Positions 10,717 to 24,488 of a DNA stretch of 64,000 bases are shown in pieces. The first letter of the stretch is position 1; each line of letters starts with the position of its first letter. The position numbers and the translations under genes were made by a program. This DNA is from Atractiella rhizophila (Eukaryota), in contig MU271182.1 in the NCBI GenBank assembly GCA_021432655.1, forward strand, positions 124,001 through 188,000, written 5' to 3'. The notes under the pieces were generated by a model, which saw only the letters and a program-made list of their open reading frames with translations, was not told the origin of the DNA and did not search any database.

Positions 10717-13700
10717 ATGTCTGAAGGTAACGACACATCGTTCATTGCTGCATCGACTATCGCGAAACTCGAAGTACGGGAGAATTACCATACCTGGTAC
10801 TTTCAAGTCCAGGCTAAGCTCCTCAGAAGGAACTGCTGGGGAATCGTTGCAGGAACGGATCCCAATCCGGCGAGTCTCGAGGGAGCAGAGGCTATGAAAC
10901 CGGAGAACGTCGCGAGAGTCGACATAATCGAAGCGTCACAGAGGGATTGGACAAAGCGAGCATACCTAGCCTACTCGATCATTATCGAAGCCTGCAAAGA
11001 CCACATACTTACTGACATCCGGGATATCGAAGTTGAGAAACCGAAAGAGGTCTGGGACAAGCTCAAGGAGCTCTACCAGACCCAGGACCGACAAGTGCGT
11101 GTACTGCTCCGCCAGAAGCTTTACACGGCGCGTTATGTCGAAGGAGAATCTATGCGGGAGCTCATAAACCAAATCAGAACAATGGGACAGGAGTTGAAAG
11201 CAATGGGAGACAAGACTGACGATGATGATATCGCCATGCTCCTACTTATCTCACTCCCACAGTCCTGGATTGAGTTCGTCTCCTCCTTCAACACCGTTGC
11301 CACCTCCGACTTCACATCCTCATACGTCGCCTTCCGTCTTTTGCTCGAAGTGGACCGTAGGAACACTGAATCGAAGACTACCTCAGAAGTGTTAATAACG
11401 AAGACAGGGCGAGGAGGAAAGTACTTTACCAAATTGAACAGTGGGAGTAGCGGAGGAAAGGCGAAAAGCAAGAAGAAGCGGGGGAAATGCCATTATTGTG
11501 GCATCGAGGGACATTGGGAGCGGGATTGCCGCAAGAAGAAGAGAGAAGGAGGAGAGAAGCCTGGAGAAGCCAACATCTCAGAGGCTTTCCACACGGTTAC
11601 GGGGGAAGCAACACACCATGATGGGATCTACGTCGATTCTGCTGCCACGGACCACATCATGCCCTTCACAAATTGGTTCTCCTCGCTCAAGCCCCACACA
11701 CGCCGCATCAGCTCATCCCACGGTGTTGTCACACAAGCAATTGGCATCGGCACTGTCAAAGTGTTAACAAAGGGCAAAGGAGTAGAAAGAGAATTCGAGA
11801 TAACTGACACTCTCTATGACCCCGAAATCGACTGCGCCCTTCTCTCCACGGACAAGCTGAACACCCGCGGTTTCGATGTTGTATTCTCAGCGGACAGGCA
11901 AGGAAGGGCGGTGAAGGGTGATGGTACTGTGGTTGCTGAAATCGTTGCTGAAAGCAGATTGCGAAGGTTGGATGCGTCAGTAATCATGAACGAAAGCGCA
12001 AGCTCAAAACTCACGAGCGCTGCAAAGCCAGCTTCCTCGCATGTCTGGCACTGTCGTTTAGGTCACATCGGGAGTGGGAGCCTCAAGCTGTTGCAAGAAA
12101 AGGGAATGGTCAGAGGACTAGAGATAGGAGATGAGGATCACCACTCACCGTGCACCGGATGCCTCCTTCGTCAACAACGCAAACTCCCATTCCCCTCCGG
12201 CCCCACCGAACACGCAAAGGAGAAGCTCGAACTGATCCACACCGACATATGGGGTCCTGTGCCCGTCAAATCGTTCAGAGGAGCTGAATACTGGCTCAGC
12301 TTTACGGACGACGCAACAAGAAGAAAGTGGATTTACTTACTGAAGTACAAATCCGATGTATTCTCCGCGTTCAAGGAATCCAAAGCGAAAGTCGAACTCG
12401 AAACTGGCCTGAAGATCAAAACGATAAGATCAGACAACGGCGGCGAATATACAAGCAATGAGTTCAAGACATACCTCAAGTCGCACGGCATCAAACACGA
12501 GCACACAGCTGCCTACACACCCCAGCAGAACGGCGTGCCGAACGCCTCAATCTCACAATCGCCGCCCTCATCCGCTCCACGTACACACGTCCGACCTCCC
12601 CAAGAAGTTGTGGGGGAGCTCGCCATGGCCGCCATCCACATCATTAACCGGCGCCCAACCTCTGCCCTTGAAGGAAAGATGCCATACGAGGCCTGGACCG
12701 GTAAGAAACCGTCAGTGGACCACTTGCGAGTATTGGGATGCAGGACTCACAGTCTGATCCCTCCTGAGCCAAACCGACAGAAACTCGATGTGCGATCGAC
12801 GGAGGGCAGGTTGGTTGGTTACGACTGGGAGAGCAAAACGTATAGGATCTATAATCCCAAGAACGGATCAGTAACGAAGCGCCTACACGTTCAATTCGAC
12901 GAAACATACCCCGCAACACTCCTACAGCCTATTGAAGTCCAAACAAGCGAACCAGCGGACCCTCCTGTTCCCGAAACAACGTCAATTCCAGTCGTAACAA
13001 GAGAGCAACCGAATGAGGGGGAGAAACTCACCGAAGGGCCGTCGAAAGCGAAAACAGAACTGCCACCGCCTCCAGAACGCCCACAGCGCACACGGCGCAC
13101 ACCTGCAGAAGCTCAGAAAGACAATAGAGCAAAGTACTTCGGCAACTCACCCTTATCAGATGCAGCAGCCCGCATCACAGTCGCCTCCTCCCCTCGCAAC
13201 CTCACTCCGACATACGAAGAGGCCGTTACTGGTCCGAATGCCGTCGAATGGCAAGCCGCGTTTGACGAGGAAAAGGAGTCGTAGAGGGAAAGGGACGTTG
13301 GAGAGATGGTACCATTGCCAAAGGGGGAAAATGTCATTGGGTCATGATGGCTGCTGAGGGAAAAGCAAGGTCCAGGGGGAGAAACTGTCAGATATCGTGC
13401 AAGGGTAGTTGCACAAAGGTACACACAGCGCGAAGGTGTTGATTACGACGAGACATTCTCCCCAGTCCTCTCCATGCCCTTGTTTCGCCTTATCCTATCC
13501 ATTGCAGTGAAGAATAAGTGGCCAGTACACATGGTAGATGTATCAACGGCATACATTTATGGCAAACTCGATAAACCTATCTATCTTCGACCTCCTCCTG
13601 GTTGGGAAGACCCAGAACATCCTGATTGGGTGATAAGAGCGACGAAAGGCGTCTACGGCCTCCACCAGAGCAGACGAGTCTGCAACGGGACGCTGATGAA

Positions 13701-14767
13701 AAATTGAGAAGTCTAGGATTCACACAAAGCATGTCAGAAGCCACAATCTACACGAGACGAGATGGGAAAACAGGAAAGTACGTACTCGTAGGACTATATG
13801 TCGACGACATCCTCATCATGGCCAAGGATGCTGAGGAAGCAGCAGCTGTGAAGGAAGCGCTTCAGAAACACTACAAACTCAAGGACGAAGGAAGAGCTCA
13901 CCAGTTCTTAGGCATTCGCATCACACAGTCTAACAACGGAATCTCCATCGATCAACAAGCTTACACAGAGCGCCTGCTGGAGAGGTTCGAAATGAAAAAC
14001 TGCAATGCCGCCGCAACGCCATTCGAGCTTGGAGGGAAGTTAGAACCAGCCATGATGAAGGGGAAGGCGGAAACGAAGGAACACACATACCAAAATCCTG
14101 GAATGGTCGGTACAGGGAAGCAGTCGGCTCCCTCCTCTATCTCATGATAGTGATACGACCGGACCTTGCATTCGCCGTCAGCCAAGTGGCCCAATTCTCG
14201 GACAACCCCTCACCTCAGCATTGGAGAGCCATCAAGAGGATCTTCCGTTACCTACGCGGCACAACAGACTTTAAAATCACCTACCACAGCGAAGGAAATG
14301 AACTTACTGGGTACTCCGACTCAGACTTCGCCGCCAGCCACGATCGAAAATCGATTTCCGGGACGCTCTTCACGAACGCAGGCGGCGCTGTCGTATGGAG
14401 AAGCAAGAAACAGTCGATAGTTACCCTTTCGAGCACAGAAGCTGAGTATGTCGCCCTTTCATTTGCAGCTCGAGAAGCTTCGTGGCTCCGCACCCTCCTT
14501 GACGACCTAGGATTCCCTATCAACGCTCCAATTACCATCTTTGGGGACAACCTTGGATCCCACCAACTTGCCAATAACCCCATCTTCCGTCAACGAACGA
14601 AACACATCGATATCTCCTACCAATACACCCGCGAATGTGTTATCAGCAACAGAATTCAACTACGCTATATGGACACAAAGGACTTACCTGCTGATATGCT
14701 TACAAAGGGAGTTTCAAGATTAAAGATAGATGGAGTTATGGAGGAAATTGGAATGAGTGGAAAGTAG
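10717..14767 (+). pseudogene. Copia gag-pol polyprotein with frameshifts and stops
   Basis: CHYCGIEGHWERDC knuckle; YVDSAATDH protease; WHCRLGH...CTGC; HTDIWGP and IRSDNGGEY integrase; YVDDIL RT; YSDSDFA...SSTEAEY...KHID RNase H. Stops at ~13282 and ~13346; frameshifts at ~12540-12615, ~13690 and ~14090-14140. Confidence 0.95.
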
Positions 14768-14783
14768 GATGCGAGGGGGAGTT

Positions 14784-15034
14784 TGACAAAATTGTGCGCC
14801 TCCTCCTTTCGCCACTTGTGCACTTGCGCGTTTAGTTTCCTTCGAGCACTTTCTGGAACTGTGGCCAATCTTTTGCCACAGGGATCTCTCTGTTATAAAA
14901 GCTTGTAAACCTGCAAGTGCGAGACTTATACTCATTGTTATCTCGCACGTCGCAGGTAATGTAGTTTCCTTACATACTAAATGCAACACATACTCATTGT
15001 TATCTCGCACTTCGCAGCACTAATAAATTTGTCA
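14784..15034 (+). repeat. 3' LTR of copia element, preceded by polypurine tract GAGGGGGAG
   Basis: Direct repeat of 10406-10656. Confidence 0.95.
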
Positions 15035-16172
15035 ACCCAAACATACTTTGGATGTGCTGCTGCAGTTGTGATTGAAAGAGCATTGCTAATGGCTGAACTT
15101 TTATGTGCTTCTTTTGTTTGTGGCAGCATGGTGGACGAGTGGTGGGTTGAGACAAGGATGACATATCAAGGGAGTTGCGCGGCCGAGACTTTTGGGTGTG
15201 ACAAGAAGGTTCCGAAGGTCATGTGCCATACTCTCAACATGCAATCACGGCCAAAAATTATGCACAAGTCCTTGCATACTGAGAACTGAATATGCATTGC
15301 ATAGAGTACAAAATCACAGGAACGAGGTTGGTGGATGATTTTTCCTTGCAAGTAAAGAGGTTTGCATATTGACTAGTATGCATTAGCGAGTCTGACTGTG
15401 TATGATATCAAATTAGCTTGAGGCTATCTTACCTCTCATCATTGCTATTTCCTGCCTCAAGATTATTGATTTCTTGGAATATCTAGAAGGATTTTATTGA
15501 AGGGAGAGCTATACTCTTCTACCCCAACTTCATCGAGCTCAGTGGAAGGAGAAGGGTCAAGATGACAATCCTATTGTAAGAGCATGTACTTAAGCATTTC
15601 GCTGCTGAAGATATTCAGCACAGATGGGCTAAATGACTTGCTGGAGGAGGTTCAGCTCATTTATGCTGAACATTTCGGATCTTGATAGTCTGAATCGATG
15701 GTCAGCATACAGATGCTGAATATTCTCAGATCAATCGCATCTGAATTCATAATCAGCCAAGTTGAGCTGAAATTTTCAGGCCCATGAAGGCTGGATTTGT
15801 AAATCCAGCAAAATCTTGCTGAGGGACTTCTTAGGTTGATGGGAGAGAGAGATTGTCAGAGGAGTATTGAGTCCCCGTAGATGGCGCAGCAGAGTTCCGA
15901 GCAGAAGAATGAGGAGTTGATGACCTTCACAAGAACATTGACAATGTTGACTGTGTGATTCCTGTGCATTGGTTTAGTATCTGGAGTACAAATGCCACGA
16001 GTGCGAGGTCACAAAGTAAGAAAAGCATGATTCGTCATTCTCCTTATCAAAAGACACAAACCAGACCTCCGGTTACCTGTATTCATTTGCTCCATGATTG
16101 ATGACTGCATTCCTGGCATCCTGCGAAAGGAGGTTATCGAGCACAAGCTGGTGCGGAAGGACACATACCAAA

Positions 16173-19100
16173 CTATTTGAAGCCAGCCTGATCAATCTTG
16201 TGCATCCAATCATCACAGTTGTCAACTTCAGAACCGGCTGAACAACTATTGAAGAGCTGACGGGCAAGAGTAAATTCCTCTCTGGCTCGGTGGTAATCAG
16301 GCAATAGGAAGAGAACTTAGGGCGAGACACTTTCTACTCCTGGCTTCATTGTGGCCGCCTGCTGGGCCGCTCAAAATCACAGCTTCCTCACATACCTCGA
16401 TCGCCTTGGAAATGTTGTTGCGGTCCTGAGCATAAACCTGACATATGCTCATAAAACAGCTGAGTTGACCCGCCAGATCTTCCCCAGCTGCAAAAAGCTT
16501 CTTTGCCTCCTGAAAGTGTTCCAGCGCTTCCTCACTCTGCATATAACACTGCTTGATCTTCCCCATACCCTGGATGCAATGGGCTTGACCATGCCTATCT
16601 TCCGTTTTAAGATAGAGCTCCCTTGCCTCCTCAAAATGTTTCTGCGCATTCTCGTGACACCCATAAATCAGCTCAATCTCCCCTATGCACCAAAGGCAGC
16701 CGGCCAGACCTTGCTTATCTTCCTCAAGTTGATACAGTTTCTTTGCCTCCTCAAACTGTCGTAGTGCTTCCTCGTTCTGCCCACGAAGCAGATCAATCCT
16801 CCCTATGTCACGAACGCAGTGGGCTTGACCCTGTTGATCTTCCACATTCACATAGTGCTCCTTTGCCTCTTCAAACCATTTTTGCGCTTTCTCATTCTGC
16901 CCACAAAGTAGCTTCACCCTTCCCATGCCACGAATGGAATGAGCGAGACCAAGTCGATCATCCGCCAATAAATAAAGCTCCTTGGCCCGCCCGAGATATT
17001 TCAGTGCTTCCTCAGTCTGTCCACGAAATGCCTCGATCTCCGCGATGCCGTAAATACAGTGGGCTTGGCCTTGCCAATCTTCCAGACGCTCATAGAGCGA
17101 GTTTGCCGCTGTGAAATGTTTCAGCGCATCCTCATTCCGCCCTCGCTGAATCTCGAGATTCCCTATACTGCGAATGCAGTGGGCTTCGCCTTGCTGATCT
17201 TCCACCTCCTGATAGAGCTGCTTCGCTTCCTCCCAATCTTTAAGCGCTTCCTCGTTCTGACCATGCAGTCGCTCGATTTCCCCCATTTGGCGGTTGCAGT
17301 GGGCTTGGCCAGGCCGATACTCCACCTTCAGATACAGCTTCTTTGCCTCCTTGAAATGTTTCAGTGCTTCGTTGATCCGCCCGCGCAGCCACTCAATCTC
17401 CCCTATATCGCAAATACAGTGGGCCAGTCCAAGTCGATGCTTCACCCCCAGGTACAGCCCTCTTGCCCCCTCCAACTGTTTCAACATTTCTTCTTTCGGC
17501 AAGGAATGCTGCCTGATCTTCACCAAGCTGCGAATACAATGGGCTTGACCTAGCCGATCTTCAAGCTTCAGATAGAGCTCCTTTGCCTTCTGGAGCTGCG
17601 TCAACGCTTCCTCCTTCCGACCACGCTCCTGCTCCACCTCCCCCATGTTGCGGATACAGTGAGCTTGACCCCACTGATCTTTCAGTTGGATAAAGAGCTC
17701 TTTTGCGTCCTGAAGATGTCCTAGTGCTCGCTGTGAATCCCTCTGCCGTTTGAACACCACCAGCCCTAGAGCATTTGTCAATTCGGCCGTGATTGCTGGA
17801 CGCTGCATAGATTTTGAGGTGGATACAGCAAGTTGGATTAACTTGGTTGAGAGGAGGCCTTGCAGGTTCAGAAGCTCCCAGATTTCCACTAGAAATTGGA
17901 GCACCGTTGTCACTTCTTGCAGATATGTCAAAGCAGCTAGAAGGACATGTTCAAAGTTTGGGTATTGTTTACGGAAGGGTAACAATGCTTTATGGTCCTT
18001 GCCGACCTCGAACTGTTTGATGTTTGTCTCGGCTTTCTGCATGAGATGGTTCCCAAGAGGCAGGAGCGACCAAGCCACATCCATTGAAAATGGTGATTTG
18101 GACTGAGAGACAAGTTCGTTGAGGTATTCACGAATAGGAGCGAGCATACGGAGACTACCTTTGATGTTATCGGCAAGTCCAATCTTTGAAATCACAGCAA
18201 TGACTTTGAAGAGATCCTGAGATTCATAAGACCTGGAAATGAGTGCTGACAGATCGTTGTGGGGTAGACCGTCTGGCACCCAAGACAGTAGTCCGAGTGC
18301 AAAGACAGCATGCTCCCCCTGCTTCTTGAGAGCGGGAGAATGGAGGGAGAACGATATAGACGTTTTGAGCGTGATGGTGTCTTCGCTGTCTTCGTTCCAG
18401 AAAACGAGTGTCTTTTTCTCCTTCCACTCCTCTACCAATTCTTCGAGTGTCATAGTTGAATCCTCGTGCGCACGGAGAGCGAACAGCTTGATGGATAGAG
18501 CATGGAAGTCTAGCTGGTTAACTAGCTGTTGGACCACCAGTAGCGAGGACTCCTCGTCGCTTCCATATGACTCCTCGAAGAGTGCGAGCGCCGCGTCTTT
18601 CGGCAGACCGCCAACTGAGATCTTGATAAACTTCACAGGCTCTTTCCCTTTCACGCCCAACGATTCCGCTTTATCCCCACGGTGGGCCACGACGAGCACC
18701 GACCCGACTGAGTTGTTCGAGAGGAGTGTTCGGAAAAAGTCTTGTTTTTTGTTTTCGTCGGCACGCATGGGGGTCTCAAAGTTATCCAAAACGAGAAGGC
18801 ATTTTTGACTTCTGAAGTAATCTGCCACGACCTCTAGCGATGTTTTTTTTTGTCAGACTTAGTCAGTGCGAAGATATCGTTGCAGATGTGGTCAGAAAGC
18901 CTGTCAAAGGTATCAAAATTGTCACAGCGAACCCAAAAACGGAGATCTTCTCCTGGATCACGTGTCAGATCTGTGAAGGACTGCTCAATCTCTTTGCAGT
19001 GCACGGTGTCGAGTGCAACGGTGGATTTCCCGTTTCCAGCTCCACCCACAATTGCAACGTGGCAGCCGCTAAGTATAGCTTCTGTAGCATGTTGGACCTC

Positions 19101-20542
19101 ATCTTTGCGGCCAAAACAAGAGCCTGCAGGCGGTAATGGCAACCGTCGACGAAGTGGAATCCGTTCATGGCACACTATCAGAACATCAGACAGTAACGAA
19201 GCGAGAGGTGAGAGATCATACCTTGTACGAGTTGTTCAGCAGCATCACAAACTTCATAACCCATCACGTCCATATACGCCTTTGTACGGCCGACCACAAC
19301 CTGGGTTCGCTCCCACTCCTTCCACTTTATGCTTCCTACGGTATGGACAGAAAAGCGATGGTAGCGATGCCCCAGATGTTGTTCTTGCATCATCATTTTC
19401 ACCTGATTCGCCACACGGGAGCAATCCTCGACGATGGCCTTCACAGCCTGCTCAATCTCAGCTTTCATGTGACCCAATGGGACAGCCTGAGAGAGCCCTG
19501 ATCCCAAAGATACGAGACAGGCGACTTGGCTTCTTTCTCCCCAAATCCTCTTTGACTCGTCAATCGCTAAGGCTGCTGGGTTATTGTTTCCCATGGCGAC
19601 ATATTTCGTTTTGTCGATGACGATAGGAGGGAAGAAGTCAGGATCAGAGGATGTTGCTCTTGCTGCCTCCCACACTGCACATTGAGCAGCAGAGCGAGCT
19701 GCATGACGGATGTCGTATGTGCGCATCTCTGTCGAAACAACAGCATCTGATTCGTATTTTGAGACGACGAAAGTTCTACATCGATCTCCAATCTTGTCAT
19801 CCTTCATGGGAAGATGGAACGACGGCATAGACGATGAAGCATGTCGAGCAATGATGTCGATGAAGACAACTTCGAGCCTCTCCGCAGAGTACACGTAGCC
19901 CCCTTTCGACATTGGACCTTCATCGGAGAAGACGTGGTGCACGATCTGTTCGTAGGCACAGATGCATTCTCGAACGGTCATCCCCAATCGTCCTAGCATG
20001 AGGGCAATCCATCCTCCTGTAGAAGTGCCACAGATGAGATCGAAAACATCGCAGGGTCGAACCTCTTCTCCTTCGGGAACGCCGAGGAGTTCTCCAACTT
20101 GGCACATGACGATTTCGAGCGTGTAAAGCGTGGAAAAGGTACAGATGCCGCCGTTGTCAATAGCGAGGATTCGGACCCCTTGGTCGTTCGTCTTCTTGAC
20201 GTTCTCGGGGACTTTGAAAATCTTGATGGTTTGAACTTGGGAGGGGCTGGGGGATGAGAGAGGTGTTGGAGTAGCGGCTCTGAAGGCAACGGGCGATGCG
20301 GTACATGATACAGAGCGAAATTGTGAACAAAAAAGTGTCGGTTTGGCGGTCAGGAAACGGCTGGGCTGAGAGTACAGCTGCAATACTGAAAGATTTTGCA
20401 GTCCGACACCTCCATTAGAAGAAGATTGCCGCGAATCCGCGCCGAATGCGTTGTTGTCGTCAGACAAATTTCCAGGGTCTTCATAGTCGTTAGGATTTGA
20501 CAAAGAAGGCTTAGGCGTCCTTCCAAAGGCTGAGGCGTTCAT
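16173..20542 (-). CDS. NLR-like protein 1: patatin-like domain + NB-ARC/STAND NTPase + ~11 TPR-like 40-aa repeats; two apparent 1-bp frameshifts (~18845, ~16315)
   Basis: RILAIDNGG, FDLICGTSTGG, WEAARATS (patatin). Intron 19175-19221. GGAGNGKST Walker A, LLVLDNFET Walker B. Repeats of GQAHCIRxxGxIE...EEALKxFEEAKxLY. After the last frameshift the frame continues DYHRAREEFTLARQLF...C to TAG at 16173, matching the paralog C-termini. Confidence 0.9.
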
Positions 20543-21339
20543 CGCCTAGAGCAACGAGATGAAATCGATGAAGATTGACCCAGAACTCCTTGTTGAACAC
20601 GAGACGAAACTGATGAAATGCATGTCAGATCTGGACTAAGCAACGAGGGAGAGCATCGAAAGGATACTTGAAACTGACTGTGAAGAAGATGAAGAAGAAA
20701 CAAGGGAGACAGCAGAGCAACATTCCGATCCAAAGATCCGTACGTACAATTGCATGAAAGAAAAACCATACAAAACGTAAGGATGTGTAAGGGATATGAG
20801 AACAGGAGGACGGGGTAAGCTTGGGACAACTTGAACAATTTGTCAAATCGCAAGACAAAGGAATGAATGCTAGGCAAAAGAAGAGATGGCACTATGAACC
20901 GAACATCCCTTGTCTAACGGAGAGGGTGGCCCAGGGTACCATGAAGTATTGTGGTTGTGGATAAGTTGAAGTGGTGTTTGAGCTTGAGCCCAAGGAGATA
21001 TGATGGCTGCACAGCTTGAATATGGAATTGATGAGTGGAGAACATAAAAGAGACCATTTCTCCCCACGCGTCCCTCGTTTCGTCTTCCACAAGGCAGAGT
21101 GAATAAGCACTCAAGGATATTTCATTGAAATATTCACAGACCTGACGCGCGGCGCAGAAAACCGGCATCCCAAACACGCAAAGGCTTGGCGCAGGGGTTT
21201 CTACCTTGAAATTACACCTCTGCCCCCCCCCCCCCCCCCCTTGCCACACTCATTAGAATGAAATAAACCACACCATCTTATGGAAAACTCTTGGGCCTTT
21301 GTGTAACATCAAGTAAATCTTATTCTGAGGTCATTTGAC

Positions 21340-21418
21340 CTGGACCATGCCCCTTGTGAGTGGGTTGGGGGGCCTGAGGCCTGAGGCCTGAGGGACGAAG
21401 GCCACAGAGACATGCTTG
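21340..21418 (+). mobile_element. Helitron-type 3' terminus (second subfamily)
   Basis: Hairpin GGCCT-GAGGGACGA-AGGCC, then CTTG|T at 21415-21419; resembles the reverse complement of 54889-54950. Confidence 0.65.
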
Positions 21419-22454
21419 TTGGATATTAGTTCCGGTGGAACAACCCGCTTTCTGGAACACAGCGTTGTCTGCATCAATCGAAATCGACGAACACTCTCCG
21501 CATCTCTTCACGTTGTCAAGGAGAGCAAGCTGTCCCTACATTTTGCGCGTCGAGTGTCAAGTGTTGGTTCTTCCTGTCGAAGAAAGTCTGAAGGAGTGTG
21601 CGGAGTGTGAGCATGTAGAGTGTGGTTGGAGTACGAAGAGCTCTGCAAATAGAACGAGAAGTAGATGTGGAGGTGGGGGCGACACTGGCGAAGCACAGAG
21701 TGGCGGAAGGAGTGATTTAAAAGGGCGAAGGATAGTGTGAATTGAAATCGTGATGTAAACAAGTCTGCTTCTTCTGCCCGCAGTGCCACACCTTACCTCT
21801 CGCTCTGGATAGCCAAGGCACGAATTCAGATCAGGGAACCCCCATTAGTCAACCGCAGGGCATGCGGTAAGGTGAAGGGGACTCCTGAATGCCCTAAACA
21901 TGTGCGGAATGGTGCTGCTGATTGATTAAACAGCTGATAACCTCTTCCCCACTGTAATGTATGGCCAAACAAGCAAATTATCTAATGCTATGGGCGCATG
22001 CCCAGGATATCACTTGAAGATGAGGAAGCACAAATCCTTCTGTCACGGACTTGGTACACAATGGCCATACACAATAGCCATACATCTTAGTGGGATAACT
22101 GGGGCTCAGTAACAACAGATACATTTCTGCTCCGTCATCCAAAGGCCCAATATCATGTTGATTCTATTGTTAGGGCTGAATAGAATGAAATTATGATGAG
22201 GTGAAGAACGGCTTTATATACTTCAAGACAGGTGGCAAAATGAGTAATCACAGTAAGGCTTGAATGTTTATGAATAAGTGTGCCGCATGGTGGCAACAGA
22301 CATGCTCAAATCCTGACATACTATAATACTTGCTCCCACTTCAAATTTCTTGTAAGTGCAGCGGAACCCAGATTAGTATTTGCTTCAACGCTTGCATCTT
22401 TAGCTTTAGGTCTTTAGGATAAGAGCCATAAATAATGGCTTGTGGCCAAATTTC

Positions 22455-22550
22455 AAAATGAGGTAGGTTAAAGATATTAAAAGGCACCTTGTCATCCCCA
22501 AATGCTCCGTAAGACTTGTCAGATCCGGCAAGGTGAAGAAACAATCATGG
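22455..22550 (+). repeat. Diverged copy of the internal part of the 31484-32517 unit
   Basis: Similar to ~32181-32275 (CCTTGYCATCCCCAAA...GTAAGACYTGTCRGATCCRGCRAGGTGAAGAAACAA). Confidence 0.7.
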
Positions 22551-22551
22551 A

Positions 22552-22757
22552 CCTTAGCGAACAGGATCTAGTCTTGTCTTCGGTAGAACCCCTCATCTCA
22601 CACCCTCCTATCGCTCCTCCCCCTCCTGCTCCTAGTTATTTACTGTTGGTAAGTGTTTGAGAGGAACATATCAAGAAGGGAGAAGCTCCACTGTTCACTT
22701 TGTCCCTCTTTGTTGGACTCGGATGGTTCTACCCTTCATCTATAACCCTAACCCTAA
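22552..22757 (+). repeat. 5'-truncated copy of the TAACCC-terminated ~1.05-kb repeat
   Basis: Aligns with internal deletions to 27492-27747 and 58866-59129; ends TAACCCTAACCCTAA. Confidence 0.9.
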
Positions 22758-23633
22758 TTTGGTATCAGAACATACTAGTAATATTTGAACTCAGAGAAGG
22801 AAGCTAGAGACCATAGGAGATGGACAAGTTGAAATAAAAATGAAAGGAGAAAGAGAGAAAGACATAAATGGGAACCTACTAACCACATAATGGAGACGGA
22901 ACTCTTCAGCGAGAGTGGATGATTAAAATCTTGAAAAACTCAAATTCAGATATAATCCATCACAGTCCATAATGTCTCGCATCGTTCCTCAATTGTGCAG
23001 CACTCTTCAGGAGCTGTGTGAGACATAAACTCCTGAGACTGATGAGACACTCACTTCTTAGGTTGCTGCCTTGTCACCAGTCGCTGCCTTGCTGGATCAG
23101 GCTCTCCTGTCCAGCATGAGCATGACACCTTCCAGAAACGAGATGCCTCCTGTTCTCCACAATGTGGTGAGAGCCAACAACTATCTATGGTCAGGCACAA
23201 AGATCGCTTGCGCTACCTAGAAGAGAAGGAGAATAAGAAAGATATCCTCCCACTCCTCTTCAAAGTGGAGTCGAACCCATTCACAGAAAGGGACAGGATT
23301 CACCCCCCACTCAATGAATTTGCCTCTACTGCCACAAAACTTGGCATGCCCCCATCAATCTCTAAAAGAGCGAAAATATGCTTCAAGCTACCCCCCAAAC
23401 TGCACGTAGCCGTATGTAGAGCTAGAAATGCCAAGGGATACTGAATCTAATCGATATGCAACGTGATATCTGTAGAGAAAGAATTACCTCCGAAAAATAA
23501 TACAAAGATTGGACCCCTGAATACACCTAAGAGGAATAAAGGCTGATGAAATAACCAAAACAGATTCTAAAGAAGAAAACATGTCTCACCACACAAGAGC
23601 AAGGACCCTCCAGGACCGAAGAGGTATTTCGCT

Positions 23634-24488
23634 ATGCGACGCGAAGAGGACCTCCCAGGGGTCCTTAACACGCTTGACCTCGACGGACTCAACTCGCGCA
23701 GCCAGAACCTGTTTTGTCGCTCCTTTGAACAGGCCATGGGCATCAGGCTGCTCGATGAAGGCGAGGCACACCCTTGGGACAGATATAGAAACCTGGTCGA
23801 CTACGCCAAGACGATGGGACTGAGCTGGAAAGACTTTGTCGTCTGCATCGACCTGGAGACCACAGGACTGAGCACGCTCAACGACAATATCGTCGAGATA
23901 GGCCTCGTCGTCCTCCCCAAGCACCACGATCGCCACTTCTCCTTCAACATACGTGTCTTTCCTGACCGTGTCATCCCCAAACTAGCCAGCAATGTGCATG
24001 GGATCTACGACAAGGATATCATGTGGTGTGCCACTTTTAGGTACATTGCACCCCAACTGCTCCACTTCATCGAGAAATCGTCCGGAATCTTTGGTTACAA
24101 CATAAAGGAATTCGACTGGCCCATCCTCGTGAGAGAATTCCAAGAGGTCGAGGTGGATATCGAGCCATATGAGAGGAAGGTCTTTGACCCCTACCAGCTT
24201 CTCAAACTCAGAAATACCCGATACGAGAAGTACCCTCGTCCCCAGAAGCTCGCCACCCTCTTCAAGAATGTCACAGGCAAGGAGCTCACGCACAACCATA
24301 ATGCAATGATGGACGCATATGCTGCGATGGTCGTCACGATTGACTGCATCAGAAATGACGAGATCTTCAAGATGAAGAGCCTATCCCACGCAGCGTGGCA
24401 ATTTGATGATACCCAGAGGGCAATCGGCAAAAGGAAGAGACAAGAGGTCAAGGATGAAGATGAAAAACTCCATAGCGACTCTGAATGA
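23634..24488 (+). CDS. DEDDh 3'-5' exonuclease, DnaQ/DNA Pol III epsilon-like, intronless
   Basis: ExoI IDLETTGL...IVEIG, VHGI, ExoII GYNIKEFD, ExoIII HNAMMD: all catalytic residues present. Start codon uncertain. Confidence 0.9.
   Translation: MRREEDLPGVLNTLDLDGLNSRSQNLFCRSFEQAMGIRLLDEGEAHPWDRYRNLVDYAKTMGLSWKDFVVCIDLETTGLSTLNDNIVEIGLVVLPKHHDRHFSFNIRVFPDRVIPKLASNVHGIYDKDIMWCATFRYIAPQLLHFIEKSSGIFGYNIKEFDWPILVREFQEVEVDIEPYERKVFDPYQLLKLRNTRYEKYPRPQKLATLFKNVTGKELTHNHNAMMDAYAAMVVTIDCIRNDEIFKMKSLSHAAWQFDDTQRAIGKRKRQEVKDEDEKLHSDSE

Larger units (their letters stand above)
10406..15034 (+). mobile_element. Full-length Ty1/copia LTR retrotransposon (degenerate)
   Basis: 251-bp LTRs with TG...CA ends, PBS, PPT, and domain order gag-PR-INT-RT-RNase H. 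Confidence 0.97.

Noticed and set aside
15590..15830. Cluster of GCTGAA/TTCAGC motifs resembling transposon subterminal repeats
   Set aside because: No TIR, TSD or second copy found in the window.
22760..22770. TGGTATCAGA as a primer-binding site, making the TAACCC repeat an LTR
   Set aside because: Present after only one copy. The repeat lacks TG..CA ends and no gag/pol follows. The local copia uses TGGTAGCG.
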